Origin: Verrucomicrobiales bacterium
GTDB lineage: Bacteria; Verrucomicrobiota; Verrucomicrobiia; Verrucomicrobiales; SLCJ01
Assembly (NCBI GenBank): GCA_046075565.1
Contig: JBJTQJ010000105.1
Span: 1 to 54,511, forward strand
Direction: 5' to 3'
Length of the DNA stretch: 54,511 nucleotides
The notes below the pieces were generated by a model. That model saw nothing but the letters and a program-made list of their open reading frames with translations. It had not been told where the DNA came from and did not search any database. Position 1 is the stretch's first letter. Every line of letters starts with the position of its first letter. A program made the position numbers and the translations under genes. Below are positions 37,594 to 47,199 of this stretch, in pieces.

Positions 37594-38919
37594 TTACCGC
37601 AACCAAAAGACGAGCCCCAGTGTGATCCCGCCGCAGAGGCTGGCCACGAAGGCCCGTCGGCGGCGGTGTCCTTTGGGTTCGGGCCCGAGATCCGGGCGGT
37701 GGTGGCGGGCATCAAACATGACCGGCCAAGCGAAGACAATCGCCACGAGGCAACCTAGAAATGTGGATTTTTCAGGCATCAACAGCATGGCGGGAACAAG
37801 AATGGCCGGCACGGTCTTGCCGAAAGCGAAACCAACCCTGAGATTCGGCAGGCCCAATTTCCGTCTCGTGCTGGCGTGCATCATAAATGATTGCGCGCCC
37901 AGAATCGTGGTATGGGCGGCAAATGCCGTGGATACCGTGAGTTTGCCGTGATGCAGGAGCACCAGCACTCCAAGCACCGGAACAGCGAGCAGAAAGATGG
38001 CGCCGGCGGCATGGCTCAATTCGACGCGGTCTTTGAGTTGGCTGGTCACCAGCACATGCAGGAGAAACAGGGCAATCGGCCCGGCGAGAAAGATGTAGCC
38101 GCCCCAAGCGAGGCAAGAGGCGCCATAGAGCAAAGCGGCGAGCAGCGCGCCGCCATTGAGCGACGACCATTTGCGGCAGAACCAGAGGATGGAAAACAGC
38201 ACGAAGAAAACGAAGGCGGACATGGCCCGCGCGTCCGAATTGCGGGTGTCGAGCTGATCGAGGATGAGGAACACACCCAGCGGCACCATGAGGTTGTCCC
38301 ATCCATCCCCGAGGATGCCTTCGATGGCGGTGGATAGCACGGCCACGCTCAGGGAAATCCAAATCACATCGCCCCGGCTGAGATCCGCGAAGTAGGTCAG
38401 GGGGCCCCAGGAACAGGCGAAGGCCACTGCGAAGAATAGAAACGATCCTTCGATGCTCTTGCGTCCTTTCCAAGCGAGGTAAGCGGTGTTGCCATGACGC
38501 GATCCATAGAGAGCGCTCAAGGCATCGGCGAGGGCCAGCACGAGAACAGGAATGAGAAAGAACTCTTTCCTTCCATCCGCGAGCACGAATACCGCCGCGA
38601 CCGCGAGAGGAAACATCAGTTCACCTGTCGATTGTCTTTCCACCCCATGGAGTGATGCGCCCATGCTCCCGCGCAGCGCGCGCAATCGCCGGATGACCAG
38701 CATCACCGTCAGCGCGAGCAGCCCGAGCAAAACCACCGGCAACGGACCGGAGAAGAGCCATGGAAATGGCAGGCAGAGCAAACCCATGCCGGTATGCACG
38801 GTCTTGCGCGCCAGTTCTGGACTGAGCTTTCCCCTGCGGGCGAGGCCGGAGGAAAAAAACAACAACGCAAACAGCAGCCCGCTGATCGCGACCATGGCCA
38901 TGACATCATGCACAGTCAT
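37594..38919 (-). CDS. Polyprenol/phytol kinase-like (cytidylyltransferase superfamily) membrane protein with C-terminal membrane extension
   Basis: ELARKTVHTGMG, LALADALSALYG, KSIEGS, GWDNLMVP. Confidence 0.8.
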   Translation of the reverse strand: MTVHDVMAMVAISGLLFALLFFSSGLARRGKLSPELARKTVHTGMGLLCLPFPWLFSGPLPVVLLGLLALTVMLVIRRLRALRGSMGASLHGVERQSTGELMFPLAVAAVFVLADGRKEFFLIPVLVLALADALSALYGSRHGNTAYLAWKGRKSIEGSFLFFAVAFACSWGPLTYFADLSRGDVIWISLSVAVLSTAIEGILGDGWDNLMVPLGVFLILDQLDTRNSDARAMSAFVFFVLFSILWFCRKWSSLNGGALLAALLYGASCLAWGGYIFLAGPIALFLLHVLVTSQLKDRVELSHAAGAIFLLAVPVLGVLVLLHHGKLTVSTAFAAHTTILGAQSFMMHASTRRKLGLPNLRVGFAFGKTVPAILVPAMLLMPEKSTFLGCLVAIVFAWPVMFDARHHRPDLGPEPKGHRRRRAFVASLCGGITLGLVFWLR

Positions 38920-40013
38920 CCGCGCACCTCCTCTAAGACGAAACGGCTGTAAAAGAACGCGCGATCCGTTTGGAAAAGGTCTCGGGCTTCTTCATCAAGG
39001 GGAGAAAGAATGTCTGCCAGCGCATCGGGACGGGAGCGCGGGGCGAGCATGTTCCAGTAGGCCAACCGTGCGCCGGGTTTGGCCATGGCCGCGAGACGGG
39101 CCAGCAAATCGCGGGTCGAGTCCTCGCTCATGTATTCAAAGATGTCGCTCAGGTTGAATCCATCGACCGGTGGAAGGCCCTGGACGTCTTCGATCGGGCA
39201 GCTATGGACGGTCAGACGGTTGGCCCGCAAGGCCTCGCGGATGGGTCCGAAAGCTTCAGGTAAAAAGGCCGGTGGCAGATGTCCGCCAAATGACCCGGTT
39301 AAGATCATCCGCAGCCATGGGTTCGACGATGGATCCAATTCGACGAGTGCGTGGCGCGTGCGTCCGAGGATCCGGGCGGCCACGCTGCCCTCGACGTAGC
39401 GGAAAAATTCCGGGTCGCGTCCTAGCAACCCCATGGTGAACCGGGAGAAAAAGACATTAAAAATGGCCCGCCAGCGCCAGTTGTTCCACTTCCCTTCGTA
39501 GAAAGCGGCACGCTCCTGCGGCGGGCGGGGTTGCAGCAGTTCGGCTACTCGTCGGCGGGAATGGGCGAGGGGAAGGACACGCTCGCGGAAAAGCCGGAAG
39601 TAGTTTTCAAACTTGCCCGCGTGGGCCGGACCATCTGCCTCCCAGCAGGCATGACCATCCCAGAACTCGCGAGCCTGTTCGTTGAGCCGTCCGCGCACCC
39701 TTTGGTAAAGCTCCTTTTTCCGTGTCGATGGTTGCAGTCCTAGCAGTTCCAGAAGTTCCTTATGTTCCGATTCCAACCAGGCGGCGATCCGCAGTTCGAT
39801 GCAGGCGATTTGGGTCGGGTTCAACTCGGCGATGGTCACGTGGCCGGCCCCGGCGGCGAGCAGGGCGAGGGCATTGTCGCCAGCCGACCCGATGCTCAGG
39901 TAATGACCACCGGGATGAGGACGCAGCCCGGCGATGAGCAGCGCTGGATCTTCCCAGCAAAGCGCATAACGCACTTGGTCGAATCGGGCGCGGCTTTGGA
40001 TCTCACTGGCCAT
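38916..40013 (-). CDS. DUF3419/BtaA-like SAM-dependent transferase
   Basis: RYALCWED, SIGSAGDN, GKFENYF, FNLSDIFEYM, LAYWN, DRAFFY; alternative start at 40046. Confidence 0.85.
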   Translation of the reverse strand: MASEIQSRARFDQVRYALCWEDPALLIAGLRPHPGGHYLSIGSAGDNALALLAAGAGHVTIAELNPTQIACIELRIAAWLESEHKELLELLGLQPSTRKKELYQRVRGRLNEQAREFWDGHACWEADGPAHAGKFENYFRLFRERVLPLAHSRRRVAELLQPRPPQERAAFYEGKWNNWRWRAIFNVFFSRFTMGLLGRDPEFFRYVEGSVAARILGRTRHALVELDPSSNPWLRMILTGSFGGHLPPAFLPEAFGPIREALRANRLTVHSCPIEDVQGLPPVDGFNLSDIFEYMSEDSTRDLLARLAAMAKPGARLAYWNMLAPRSRPDALADILSPLDEEARDLFQTDRAFFYSRFVLEEVRG

Positions 40014-42510
40014 CGCTTGGTCCTTCCGCACTGGAGTCCGCTTCATTTCGTCTCAGCAGGTTCACGAGGCCGCTCGCACCATCCATTTCCACTTCGTCGC
40101 CATCCCGGAGCCACGAACAGATTCCGGTGAGCCCGACGATACAAGGCAGACCGAGTTCTCGCGATACAATGGCGGAGTGGGAAAGCAGGCTGCCCTTCTC
40201 AACGAGCAGGCCGCTGGCAATGGGAAACAACATCACCCAACCGGGATCGGTCTGGCGTGCGACGAGGATTTCCCCCGGTTGGAGATTGGCCTCCCGCGGA
40301 TCGGTCACCACACGCGCGTGGCCGCGCACCACGCCCGGTGAGGCGCCCGTGCCGGTCATGCTATTTCCTTTCGGTGTAATCTGCTCTGTTAGGACTTTTG
40401 AGGTGGTCATCGCCTTCGTGTTGCGGTGCAGCGGACCACGGGTGGTAAACCGATCCGGAGGAGCGGGTTCGGCGCGGAAACGCTCGAATTCCGCGCGGCG
40501 GACGCGAACGAGGGTGGCGGCGTCTTGGGTCGAGGTCGTGCCATCCAGCAGGCCGAGTGCTTCCTCCGCTTCGAGATAAAAGATGTCGTCGGGTGACTCA
40601 AGTCGTTGATCGGCCGCGAAGCGGCGGCCGAGTTCACGGAAGATGGAGCGCACGTGCCCGAACAGCCGGGTCCGTTCGAAGCGCAAGTTCTCGCGGTCGC
40701 GCACGCGCCGGGCGGCCAATCCGGCCATCCAGCGGAAGATGGTGCGTTTCATGGGATTGCGCACTCGCGCGGCGAGGGCAACAACTGGGTTTGCCGCTGC
40801 TCGAATTCCGGAATCCTCTTTGGTTTTCACCGGAGAGCTCTGGGGATTCGCGGCCCGGGCGAGGACGGCATTCCATAACAAGGTGGCGTCATCACGTAAG
40901 GTCGGGCTCTCCAGTTTCAGTTCCTCCAGGCAGCGGTCGCCGAAACGCTCGAGGTAGTTGTCCCATGCCTCGCGGAAACCGGGCACGCTCGCGATGGCAT
41001 GGCGGGGCGTGCGAGCATCCGGTCCGTGCACAGGGTAGACATTGGCGCTCAGCAGGTCGCCCATGGCGCGGATGGCGATGGCGGGTTCGGCACTGATGAT
41101 GCCGCCCTGATCGACGAGCAGGGTATTTTGTGCGGTCCCGCTTTCATCCCCGGCCCACGACTTGCACCAGGAACGCAGCACGCCATAGGTGATCATCGCG
41201 AAGAAATCATTGACCAGCGGAGCATCCCAGCGGCGAAGGAGTTTGTCCTCGAGCCCCCGGTAGTGCCGGGCCAGATCCTCCGCGCTCAAACCCGCGAGCG
41301 GCTTATCGAGATGCAGGGCATTGTCGAGACGGGCGAGAAATTCCTGTTTCATGCCCGGGAGGGCGAACGCCTGGCGGATGATGCCCGTGATGCCACGCAC
41401 GACGGCGATGCGATCCTGCCATGGAGAAACCGTCGCCTCCGCGATGACCCGCGCGACCAACTCATCCGGCAGCGGTTCTTTCACTCCCATCATTTGTTCC
41501 ATGAACGAACGATTCAGGGTAAATCCCGGAAGGAGGGCGAGCACACGATACCAGGAAAGGAGATTGTAATACACGCGACCATGAACAAGGCCGAGCATCT
41601 TTGGAAAAACCTCCTCGCCCCGCGCGAGCCCTGCCTTCGTGACGCCGAGGATGGCGCAGAATTCCCGATAGACGTGTTCGTAGGCCTTGCGGGCGAAGCT
41701 GAAGGTCAGGGGTGTGGTCACGCCGCCATAACTCTCCACGATATTGCTGTTATCCCAGACACAGGGACTGTCATCGGGGTCGGGTAGGTCGCCGAGGGTG
41801 GTGATGGGGCGCGATTGCAGCAGCCAGAGTTTGCCGGTGTCGTCAATGGCCCACTCAATGTCCTGCGGGATGCCGAAGTGCTTCTCGCAACTCCGGGCGA
41901 GCGCGGCTACTGCGAGAACATCCTTCGTATCGAGACAGGGAGATTTGTCTGCCATGGCGAGGTTGTTGATCTCGGCATCGGTAGTGACTTCCCATGAATC
42001 GGCATTGCTCTCACCCGAGACAAGGGCTTCCCCGAGACCGGGCACGGCGGACACGATGGTGCGGGCACGGCGTCCATGGATCACATCGGCGCTGAAAGCA
42101 ACGCCGGCCGCGCGGGCACGCACCATCGGTTGGATGATGGCCGCGGGGATGGCGGATTCGATGCCGCGTGATTCGGTGTAAGCGCGCATGGCCGGACCCT
42201 CTGCGGAGGCGCGCACGTCCGCGACTGCGGCTTGCAGGTCTTCTTTGCTCACGCTGAGCACGGAGCGGAATTGTCCGGCGAAAGAATGGGCGCTGCCATC
42301 TTCGACGACGGCCGAGGACCGCACGGCGTAGGGACCGGGTCCGAGGGCTTCAGCGCGGATTTCCAATCCTGCGATGGGCCATGGTTCATCCGGCGAGACC
42401 ACGACAAACGGAGGCACATCGAAGGGACCGTCTCCCAAGCGTCCGAGCGCCCGGGCTTTGCCGCCTACGCTGGGATGATGTGCCGCTTGTTGGGAGTCGA
42501 GGATTGGCAT
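40003..42510 (-). CDS. PEP-utilising enzyme with rifampicin phosphotransferase/PigC-like domain order
   Basis: VGGKA, AVRSSAVVEDG..SFAGQF, PQDIEWA, LLQSRPIT; C-terminal TDPGW and GSLLSHSAIVSRELG; start MPILDS at 42510. Confidence 0.88.
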   Translation of the reverse strand: MPILDSQQAAHHPSVGGKARALGRLGDGPFDVPPFVVVSPDEPWPIAGLEIRAEALGPGPYAVRSSAVVEDGSAHSFAGQFRSVLSVSKEDLQAAVADVRASAEGPAMRAYTESRGIESAIPAAIIQPMVRARAAGVAFSADVIHGRRARTIVSAVPGLGEALVSGESNADSWEVTTDAEINNLAMADKSPCLDTKDVLAVAALARSCEKHFGIPQDIEWAIDDTGKLWLLQSRPITTLGDLPDPDDSPCVWDNSNIVESYGGVTTPLTFSFARKAYEHVYREFCAILGVTKAGLARGEEVFPKMLGLVHGRVYYNLLSWYRVLALLPGFTLNRSFMEQMMGVKEPLPDELVARVIAEATVSPWQDRIAVVRGITGIIRQAFALPGMKQEFLARLDNALHLDKPLAGLSAEDLARHYRGLEDKLLRRWDAPLVNDFFAMITYGVLRSWCKSWAGDESGTAQNTLLVDQGGIISAEPAIAIRAMGDLLSANVYPVHGPDARTPRHAIASVPGFREAWDNYLERFGDRCLEELKLESPTLRDDATLLWNAVLARAANPQSSPVKTKEDSGIRAAANPVVALAARVRNPMKRTIFRWMAGLAARRVRDRENLRFERTRLFGHVRSIFRELGRRFAADQRLESPDDIFYLEAEEALGLLDGTTSTQDAATLVRVRRAEFERFRAEPAPPDRFTTRGPLHRNTKAMTTSKVLTEQITPKGNSMTGTGASPGVVRGHARVVTDPREANLQPGEILVARQTDPGWVMLFPIASGLLVEKGSLLSHSAIVSRELGLPCIVGLTGICSWLRDGDEVEMDGASGLVNLLRRNEADSSAEGPSDGQ

Positions 42511-42544
42511 GGCTAAGTGTAGCCCGCCTTTCAGATGACAAATT

Positions 42545-42573
42545 CTGATTTTTTGAAAAAACCGAAAAATCAG
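42545..42573. promoter_or_regulatory. AT-rich inverted repeat inside the five-gene cluster
   Basis: CTGATTTTT (42545-42553)/AAAAATCAG (42565-42573). Confidence 0.35.
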
Positions 42574-42756
42574 CCGCTTCGCGGGATTGTTTTGCAGTAG
42601 GACGGGTCTTTTTCCCGATTCCGGCGTTGCTCGCCCGCCTTCGCTCTTCGAGCTATGGCGGACAAGTCGGTTGCGAATGCCAATTCGCGCCCTCCTCGCG
42701 CCTTGGACTCGAAAAAATTCCTCGTCCATAATTTGCCATCTGCTCGGCGGACCACA

Positions 42757-43668
42757 CTACGGATGAAGCAACCACCAGGCCAAGGGACCGAGGGAAAGAT
42801 AGAGCACGAGTGTCCACAAACCTGCGAGAAGTTCGAGGCGTTTGCCTTGGATGCGGGCATCGAGCATGGGCAGCGAAAGCAGAACCAAGGCAATCCACGC
42901 GACGCCCAGAATCGCCGCGATGGGCAGGGCGAAGCCGATGGAGATGGCGGCCACGGTGGCGAAGATCACCACTGCCAACGAGCATCCCCACCAGGCGAAT
43001 AAGGCGTGCCGTCGGCCCCAGAGCACGCTGTAAGTTTCGACTCCGGTTTCCTCGTCCTCGGGTCGCCGGATCTTGCGCCCGATTTCGATGACGAGTCCGT
43101 TGGCATAACTGGCGGCAAGGAACCAGAGCAGTCCAAGTCCCGGATGCGCGCCCGTTGGCATCCATTGACAGGCGGTCGCGAACAAATCCACCAGCGGCAT
43201 GATAAACATGTGCGTCCACATGTAGGTGATGGGCCGGGCCTTGAGCAAATCGCGGGCGAAGAACTCGACACTCATCAGTGCGAGATAAACCCACGCGACC
43301 ACAAGCACGATGACCAGCAGGGGATGCCGCCACCAGGCGAGGGTGAATTGAATAGCGGCGGCGAACACGAATAACAAACCGAGTTCGCGCAATGTCACCA
43401 GTCCGCGCGGCACGGCGCGATAAGGACGAAATTTGCGATCCTCTTCCACATCCTTGAATTCATCCGCGATACGGAGTTGCAGGAAAAACAGGAAACACAC
43501 GCCGAAGGCGACGGCGAACGCAGACGGGGCGATGCTCCATTGTTTGGTCAACACGGCGCTATAGGCGAGCGCGCTCGCGCTGAAAGCGGCAACGAGCGGA
43601 CCGTGGCCGAAGATCGGAAACCGTTCGGCCTGATAGGTCCACCACTTGCGGAAAAATCCGGGCGTCAT
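42757..43668 (-). CDS. UbiA prenyltransferase-like membrane protein
   Basis: LRIADEFKDVEED, RAVPRGLV, EIGRKI, ETYS; multiple TM helices; ATGA overlap with HMG-CoA reductase stop. Confidence 0.8.
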   Translation of the reverse strand: MTPGFFRKWWTYQAERFPIFGHGPLVAAFSASALAYSAVLTKQWSIAPSAFAVAFGVCFLFFLQLRIADEFKDVEEDRKFRPYRAVPRGLVTLRELGLLFVFAAAIQFTLAWWRHPLLVIVLVVAWVYLALMSVEFFARDLLKARPITYMWTHMFIMPLVDLFATACQWMPTGAHPGLGLLWFLAASYANGLVIEIGRKIRRPEDEETGVETYSVLWGRRHALFAWWGCSLAVVIFATVAAISIGFALPIAAILGVAWIALVLLSLPMLDARIQGKRLELLAGLWTLVLYLSLGPLAWWLLHP

Positions 43669-44945
43669 GTCGAGAGACCGATCGAGCGGGTGCGGGCGAG
43701 TTTGCGGTGGGCGCGGGTGAATTCCCCGGCCGCGAGCGCACCGATGATGGAAAGTTCGCCCGCGAGCAACAATCCGGCGCAGACTTCGGCGAAGGCGCGT
43801 GCATGGCCCTCGCCGGCCAAGCCCATGAGTTCGAGGCAGGCTCGTTGACCGGGAAGTCCGGTGCCTCCACCAACGGTCCCGACCATGATGCCGGGCAGGG
43901 TTACGGCGGCATAAAGTGAACCATCCGTCCTCGCTTCGAAACGAGTGATACCGATGGCGGACTCGGCCACGCAGGCGACATCCTGCCCGGTGGCCAGATA
44001 GAGCGCGGCCAGACCGTTCGCGAAGTGACCTTGCACGCCAATCGTGCCGCTGAGCACGCCTCCGAGCGCGGAGACCCTCCAATACTCCTCGAGCGCACTT
44101 GCGGGGACATGGAGGACCTTTTCAAGCAATGGCCCGGGCAATAACACCTCGGCGGTAACTTTTTTCCCGCGCGTCGAAACGAAGGCGCGCGCGCTCGCCT
44201 TTTTATCGCCCGACATGTTGCCTTCGGTGTAGCTGGCGACTGCCTTGATCGGACAGTGGTTGGTCAGGTAGTCACAGGCCGCCTGGGCGGCCATCGTCAC
44301 CATGTTCTGGCCGGAGGCATCGCCTGTCAGGAATTCCAGGCCCAGATAAATGTGGTTGCCTTCGAGCGTTGGCAGCACGTCGCGGAGTCGGACGTGGCGT
44401 CCTGTTTCTTCGGCGGCCGCTTTGATTTCCTCGAGGTGTTCCAAGGTCCAACAGAGAAAACGGCCGGCCTCCGCAAGGTTGTCGAAAAGAAAAACCGGCA
44501 CCCGCGACAGCGCCTCGCGCACGAGGATGGCCGTGCAACCACCCGCCTCGCCGATGAGCACGGAACCGCGATGGTAACTCGCCACGAGGGCCGCTTCCGT
44601 GGTTGCCAGCGGAATGAAGTAATCACCTCGGGCGTGTAATCCGCGCACGCGCAGCGGCCCCGCGATACCGATGGGCACACGCACGGTGCCGATGCAGTTC
44701 TCGATATTGCGGGCGTAACATTCCAGCGCGTCCACAGCGCCGCTCTCGAGCAGGGCAGGGGAGGGATCGAGTCCCATGGACTTCCAGAGGCGCCGGGCGG
44801 AGGATTCATCGGCCCGGGTGGATGGACGAAGTCCGCGGTAGGTTCCCGCCGTTGGCCCAAGGGACGCCGCTACTTCCTCGGGCGTTCGTCCGGCCAATGC
44901 CGCGCGCGCGTCCTCCCGGAATTGTTCCTGTTTTCCGCCATGCAT
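43665..44945 (-). CDS. Class I hydroxymethylglutaryl-CoA reductase
   Basis: IENCIG, PLATTEAALVAS, GDASGQNM, GNMSGDKK, ATGQD, GTVGGGT, AGELS; start uncertain (44945 or 44993). Confidence 0.88.
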   Translation of the reverse strand: MHGGKQEQFREDARAALAGRTPEEVAASLGPTAGTYRGLRPSTRADESSARRLWKSMGLDPSPALLESGAVDALECYARNIENCIGTVRVPIGIAGPLRVRGLHARGDYFIPLATTEAALVASYHRGSVLIGEAGGCTAILVREALSRVPVFLFDNLAEAGRFLCWTLEHLEEIKAAAEETGRHVRLRDVLPTLEGNHIYLGLEFLTGDASGQNMVTMAAQAACDYLTNHCPIKAVASYTEGNMSGDKKASARAFVSTRGKKVTAEVLLPGPLLEKVLHVPASALEEYWRVSALGGVLSGTIGVQGHFANGLAALYLATGQDVACVAESAIGITRFEARTDGSLYAAVTLPGIMVGTVGGGTGLPGQRACLELMGLAGEGHARAFAEVCAGLLLAGELSIIGALAAGEFTRAHRKLARTRSIGLST

Positions 44946-45039
44946 GAAACCACCGTAAAGTTGCGCGGGAGACTTGCCAACATGGAAACACAAAGCGATT
45001 GGTGTTTCAGATGCAGCATAAACCTTGAAAGGAAAATGG

Positions 45040-45200
45040 AACCACAGATTTCACCCTACGCCACCCTGCGGGCTATGAAGGGCAAACAGATGGGCACGGA
45101 TTTTCAAAGACTTGCAACAAGTTCACCGCTCATCTGCTGGATGAAAAATCCTTCTTTCAGAACATCCTCAGTATCTGCGTTTTCATTATAATCCGTGGTT
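45040..45200. repeat. Non-coding element with terminal inverted repeats (MITE/REP-like)
   Basis: AACCACAGAT (45040-45049) versus ATCCGTGGTT (45191-45200), 9/10 complementary; internal CAGAT/CGGAT units on the left and ATCTG units on the right; lower GC. Confidence 0.5.
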
Positions 45201-45260
45201 TTAGTTTCTGAATTTGGGATAAATGGTCAGTCGGCCTTTCCCTCTCCGAGCCCGCCGGGT

Positions 45261-45563
45261 TCAATGCCTCGCGAGCGCTTGCCCTGCGATGTGCGCAAAA
45301 GGACGCAGCACGGCGAGGGCGAGCAGGCTGGTCAGACCGGCCTGAACAAGTGCGGTGGTGAGATCATCGCCAATCGCGATGGCGGAAAGTCCGGAGATGG
45401 GGCCGATTGCCAAAGCCATGAAGTTGGCCACCCGGGCAAGACATGGTTTTGCCGAGCGGCTGATGGCGGCGGGAGCGGGAGCGGGTGGTTCGGCGATGTC
45501 CCAAGCGGTCGGAGAGTCCGGCAAAAGGTTCATGGCGACGTTGGCGGGTAGGGCTGGGGGCAT
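45261..45563 (-). CDS. Small hypothetical membrane protein downstream of lexA
   Basis: 100-aa ORF with Pro-rich N-terminus and two hydrophobic segments. Confidence 0.5.
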   Translation of the reverse strand: MPPALPANVAMNLLPDSPTAWDIAEPPAPAPAAISRSAKPCLARVANFMALAIGPISGLSAIAIGDDLTTALVQAGLTSLLALAVLRPFAHIAGQALARH

Positions 45564-45780
45564 GGCGGTTGTTTGGGTGAAGATTTTCGGGATGAAAGGT
45601 TCGATTCAGCTGCGCTTGACCGTGGCATCAGGGCACGAAGGGACCTTGCCAGAAGTGGCACTCATTTTTTGCCTCGCAAGAGGCTCCCGGTCATCCCTGC
45701 GGCGTGTCGCCTAGGGATGGTTCCGTGGGCATTCGCCGTTTGTTCTTGCTAGGTCGCCGGTCAGTTATTCGGTCACTGCC

Positions 45781-46413
45781 TCAACCCGCCTTGCGGTTGG
45801 TGTGGGAGCGCAAGAGCATGACGAGCACGCCTTGGATGACGAGTTCCCGGGCCGGGATGAGGTCCGGGTATTTCGGATTTTCCGCTTTCAGGTAGGGACG
45901 GTTCTGACGGACGAGGTAGCGTTTGAGGGTGGTTTCGCCGTCGATGAGGGCGGCCACGATGTCGCCGGTGCGGGGCTGACGGAATTCCATGATCACGGTG
46001 TCGCCATCGCAGATGTGGGCATCGATCATGGAGTCCCCGCGCACACGCAGGGCGAAGGTGCGGGCTCCCCGGGGCAAACCAAGGGTCGAGACATCGATGG
46101 AGATGCAGCTATCCGGCTCTTCTTGGCTGTCGGAGGGCATGCCCGCCGGAATACAGCCGTAGAGCGGCACATCCACGACCTCGTCCCGGTTCAGATCGTT
46201 GGGGAAAACGACAGCGCGGGCCTTGTTGGGCAGGCGTTTGATGGTGCCCTTGCGCTCAAGGGCGCGGAGGTGGCCCATGGCGGCGGTCTGGCTGGCAAAG
46301 CCGAAATGGGCCTGGATTTCCCGCGTGGAAGGAATGATGCCCTCCTCGCGCTGGTAACGACGGAGGTATTCCACGAGGGCCTTCTGGCGGTCGGTGAGCG
46401 GTCGGTTGTTCAT
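45781..46413 (-). CDS. lexA: SOS transcriptional repressor LexA
   Basis: LTDRQ, PSTREI, HLRALERKG; Ala-Gly cleavage site IPAGMP; VRGDSM (Ser) and TTLKR (Lys). Confidence 0.96.
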   Translation of the reverse strand: MNNRPLTDRQKALVEYLRRYQREEGIIPSTREIQAHFGFASQTAAMGHLRALERKGTIKRLPNKARAVVFPNDLNRDEVVDVPLYGCIPAGMPSDSQEEPDSCISIDVSTLGLPRGARTFALRVRGDSMIDAHICDGDTVIMEFRQPRTGDIVAALIDGETTLKRYLVRQNRPYLKAENPKYPDLIPARELVIQGVLVMLLRSHTNRKAG

Positions 46414-46423
46414 AGGCTTTGTA

Positions 46424-46437
46424 TGTTGCTATGAACA
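46424..46437. promoter_or_regulatory. LexA box, one mismatch (TGTTG-CTAT-GAACA)
   Basis: About 10 bp upstream of the lexA start, the same offset as the box at dnaE2. Confidence 0.75.
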
Positions 46438-46523
46438 GTATTCAAGTTTTCATGCGCCGCGCAAGAAAAATTTTCACTTTCGTGGAAATTTGCGCGCTTT
46501 CCTGTCCCGGCTATGGTTGGCGG

Positions 46524-47108
46524 ATGATCCGGGAAATCGTGACATACGGCGATCCAGTGCTGCGGGAGAAATGCCCGCCGGTCGGGGAGATCACCGAGAC
46601 CATCCGGACTCTGGCCGCGGACATGGTCGATACCATGCGGGCGGCTGATGGCGTGGGTCTGGCCGCTCCCCAGATCGGGGTCGCGCTGCAACTCGCGGTG
46701 GTCGATATCTCCCATGCTCCGGAGAGCATCAGCTACTTGAAAGTCGATGGGCAGGACACGGCTCTCGATGCGATCATGCCCCTGATTTTCGTGAACCCGA
46801 AACTCGAATTCGGCGGCACGCGGGAGAGCGAAAGCGAGGGCTGCCTCAGTATCCCAGAAATCCGCGGTAATGTGGACCGTCCGGTGGAGGTGCAAGCGAC
46901 CCTGACCCTGCTGGACGGGCGGACCATCACAGTGGAAACCGACGGACTCCTCGCACGCGCCTTGCAGCATGAGGCCGACCACCTCCACGGCGTCCTTTTC
47001 ACCGACCGGATCAGTTCCGCCGCGAAGGTGAGGATGCGGATCGTCCTCAAAAGATTGCTCGCGGAACAAGGGCCGCGCCGGTATCTGCCGAGACCGGGGA
47101 TGGAGTGA
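46524..47108 (+). CDS. def: Peptide deformylase
   Basis: GVGLAAPQIG, EGCLSIP, QHEADHLHG. Confidence 0.96.
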   Translation: MIREIVTYGDPVLREKCPPVGEITETIRTLAADMVDTMRAADGVGLAAPQIGVALQLAVVDISHAPESISYLKVDGQDTALDAIMPLIFVNPKLEFGGTRESESEGCLSIPEIRGNVDRPVEVQATLTLLDGRTITVETDGLLARALQHEADHLHGVLFTDRISSAAKVRMRIVLKRLLAEQGPRRYLPRPGME

Positions 47109-47199
47109 GTCGGGGCGATGCGGCCATGAGTATGGAGTCCCGCACAGTTCAGATCGAGACAGTCTGACTACAGACTTGAGGTGGGCCGGACCATCGGCA

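Noticed and set aside
40003-42510. Call as PEP synthase or rifampicin-resistance gene
   Set aside because: Domain order differs from PpsA (His domain is C-terminal); biosynthetic context and no evidence of rifamycin specificity
43669-44082. N-terminal extension of the UbiA ORF to 441 aa
   Set aside because: Overlaps HMG-CoA reductase in another frame; ATGA coupling supports the start at 43668
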